Source: Callorhinchus milii (Eukaryota). From it: a DNA stretch of 64,000 nt. Below are positions 63,135 through 64,000 of the stretch, piece after piece; the first letter of the stretch is position 1, and each line of letters starts with the position of its first letter. The notes below the pieces were generated by a model. It was given only the letters and a program-made list of their open reading frames with translations, did not search any database and was not told where the DNA came from. The stretch spans positions 4,094,001-4,158,000 of the forward strand of contig NW_024704743.1 of the NCBI RefSeq assembly GCF_018977255.1. Direction: 5' to 3'. Both the position numbers and the translations under genes were made by a program.

Positions 63135-63425
63135 TAACACCTCAGACTACTCACCGCCACCTTCGCTCACCTGGCTCAGGTCTTCTGTACGTTCCTCGTG
63201 CCCTCCGCTCCACTATTGTCGGTCGTGCTTTCAGCCACGGTGCCCCAAATCCCTGGAACTCTGTGCTTCAATCCCTTCACCTTCCCCTCTCTTTGCCTGT
63301 CATCAAATCACACCTGAAGACTTTCCCCTTCGACTGTACCTCGTATCACCTCCCCTCTCTTTCCAGCTCGGCGTCAAACCAGACCACTGATCAGTGCTCT
63401 GTGACGCCATGCAAGTTGTTGCTGT
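63135..63425 (+). mobile_element. Old L2 LINE 3' end
   Basis: tcggtcgtgctttcagccacggtgccccaaatccctggaactct...cacctgaagactttcccc. Confidence 0.7.
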
Positions 63426-64000
63426 TAAAGAGCTTCACAGCTCATCACTGCAAAGTGTAGTGACTGGTTTTGGAGCAGCCGTTTACACGGGGGAGATCCC
63501 ACAGACAGCCACGGGGAGAAGAGCCTATTCATCTGGGGGACGGTTGGCCAGGACACTAAGGAGAAAACCTGTTTTTTTTTTTTGAACAGTGTTTTTAAAG
63601 CATTCATTTGAAAAGCAAGCAGGAAAAACTTGTCACGTAGGAACCACAATTTTTGCTTAAGATTAGGAGGTCTGTTCCGCACGGTGCTCTCTCGAAGCAG
63701 CAAAAATCTATTCTGTTGTGCTTCTAAGCGCGTGTGTCGCAATTTGATATGTACAATTTAATTTTACATTTCGAATGTAATGTTCCGATTTAAATTGCAT
63801 TGCTCATTTATAATGGAGCTATGGAAAAGTATAACACAGCAAGAGGTCGTCAGCCCATTTTTTTTTCATGTCGGAGTTCGTTCCTCCAAGAAGCCGTCCA
63901 TTTCATCCCAATTCCCAGCTCTTTCCCTGTACCCTCATAAAGTCGATACAACAATTGTTCCTCGTCTCCCCGTCGTCCTCGTGAACCTACATTGTCCCTT

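Larger units (their letters stand above)
1..64000 (+). other. ADARB2: Gene body of ADARB2/ADAR3: end of intron 1, exon 2, intron 2, exon 3 and the start of a long intron 3 (exon numbering by analogy to human)
   Basis: Two in-frame ADARB2-like exons are present. No other convincing host coding exon was seen on either strand. Exon 1 (R-domain) and the deaminase exons were not found by eye. That the whole window is intragenic is inference. Confidence 0.8.

Noticed and set aside
16514..64000. Downstream ADARB2 deaminase exons (EFADSIS..., CHAE, PCG motifs)
   Set aside because: No matching peptide with splice sites was found by eye or in the ORF track. They probably lie beyond the window. TBLASTN would settle this.

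Overview
This is vertebrate genomic DNA lying inside one large + strand gene, ADARB2 (ADAR3). Two coding exons are visible: an 87-nt exon (10540-10626) and a 959-nt exon (15555-16513) encoding the NLS and both dsRNA-binding domains. They splice in frame, and both have canonical AG/GT borders. I did not find the Arg-rich first exon or the deaminase exons, so the rest of the window is most likely intron. The introns are packed with a young tRNA(Ala)-headed SINE, older Deu-domain SINEs, L2 and CR1 LINE fragments, a hAT-type MITE and microsatellites. This repeat mix suggests a cartilaginous fish, probably a chimaera such as Callorhinchus (inference from recalled repeat families). The most notable non-genic signals are: (1) a Penelope-like inverted repeat carrying a minimal hammerhead ribozyme core (914-1090); (2) a CpG-rich, promoter-like block with a candidate 40-nt cassette exon, followed by an in-register array of about 83 pentamers rich in AGCT and CAG|GT (47101-47890); (3) a three-layer nested insertion in which a SINE contains a ~137-bp copy of sequence found 3.5 kb away; (4) an unclassified old repeat family with at least 5 copies. 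Family names and protein comparisons come from memory, with no database search, and repeat boundaries are approximate. I cannot establish a new biological system from the sequence alone, so the leads below are testable hypotheses.
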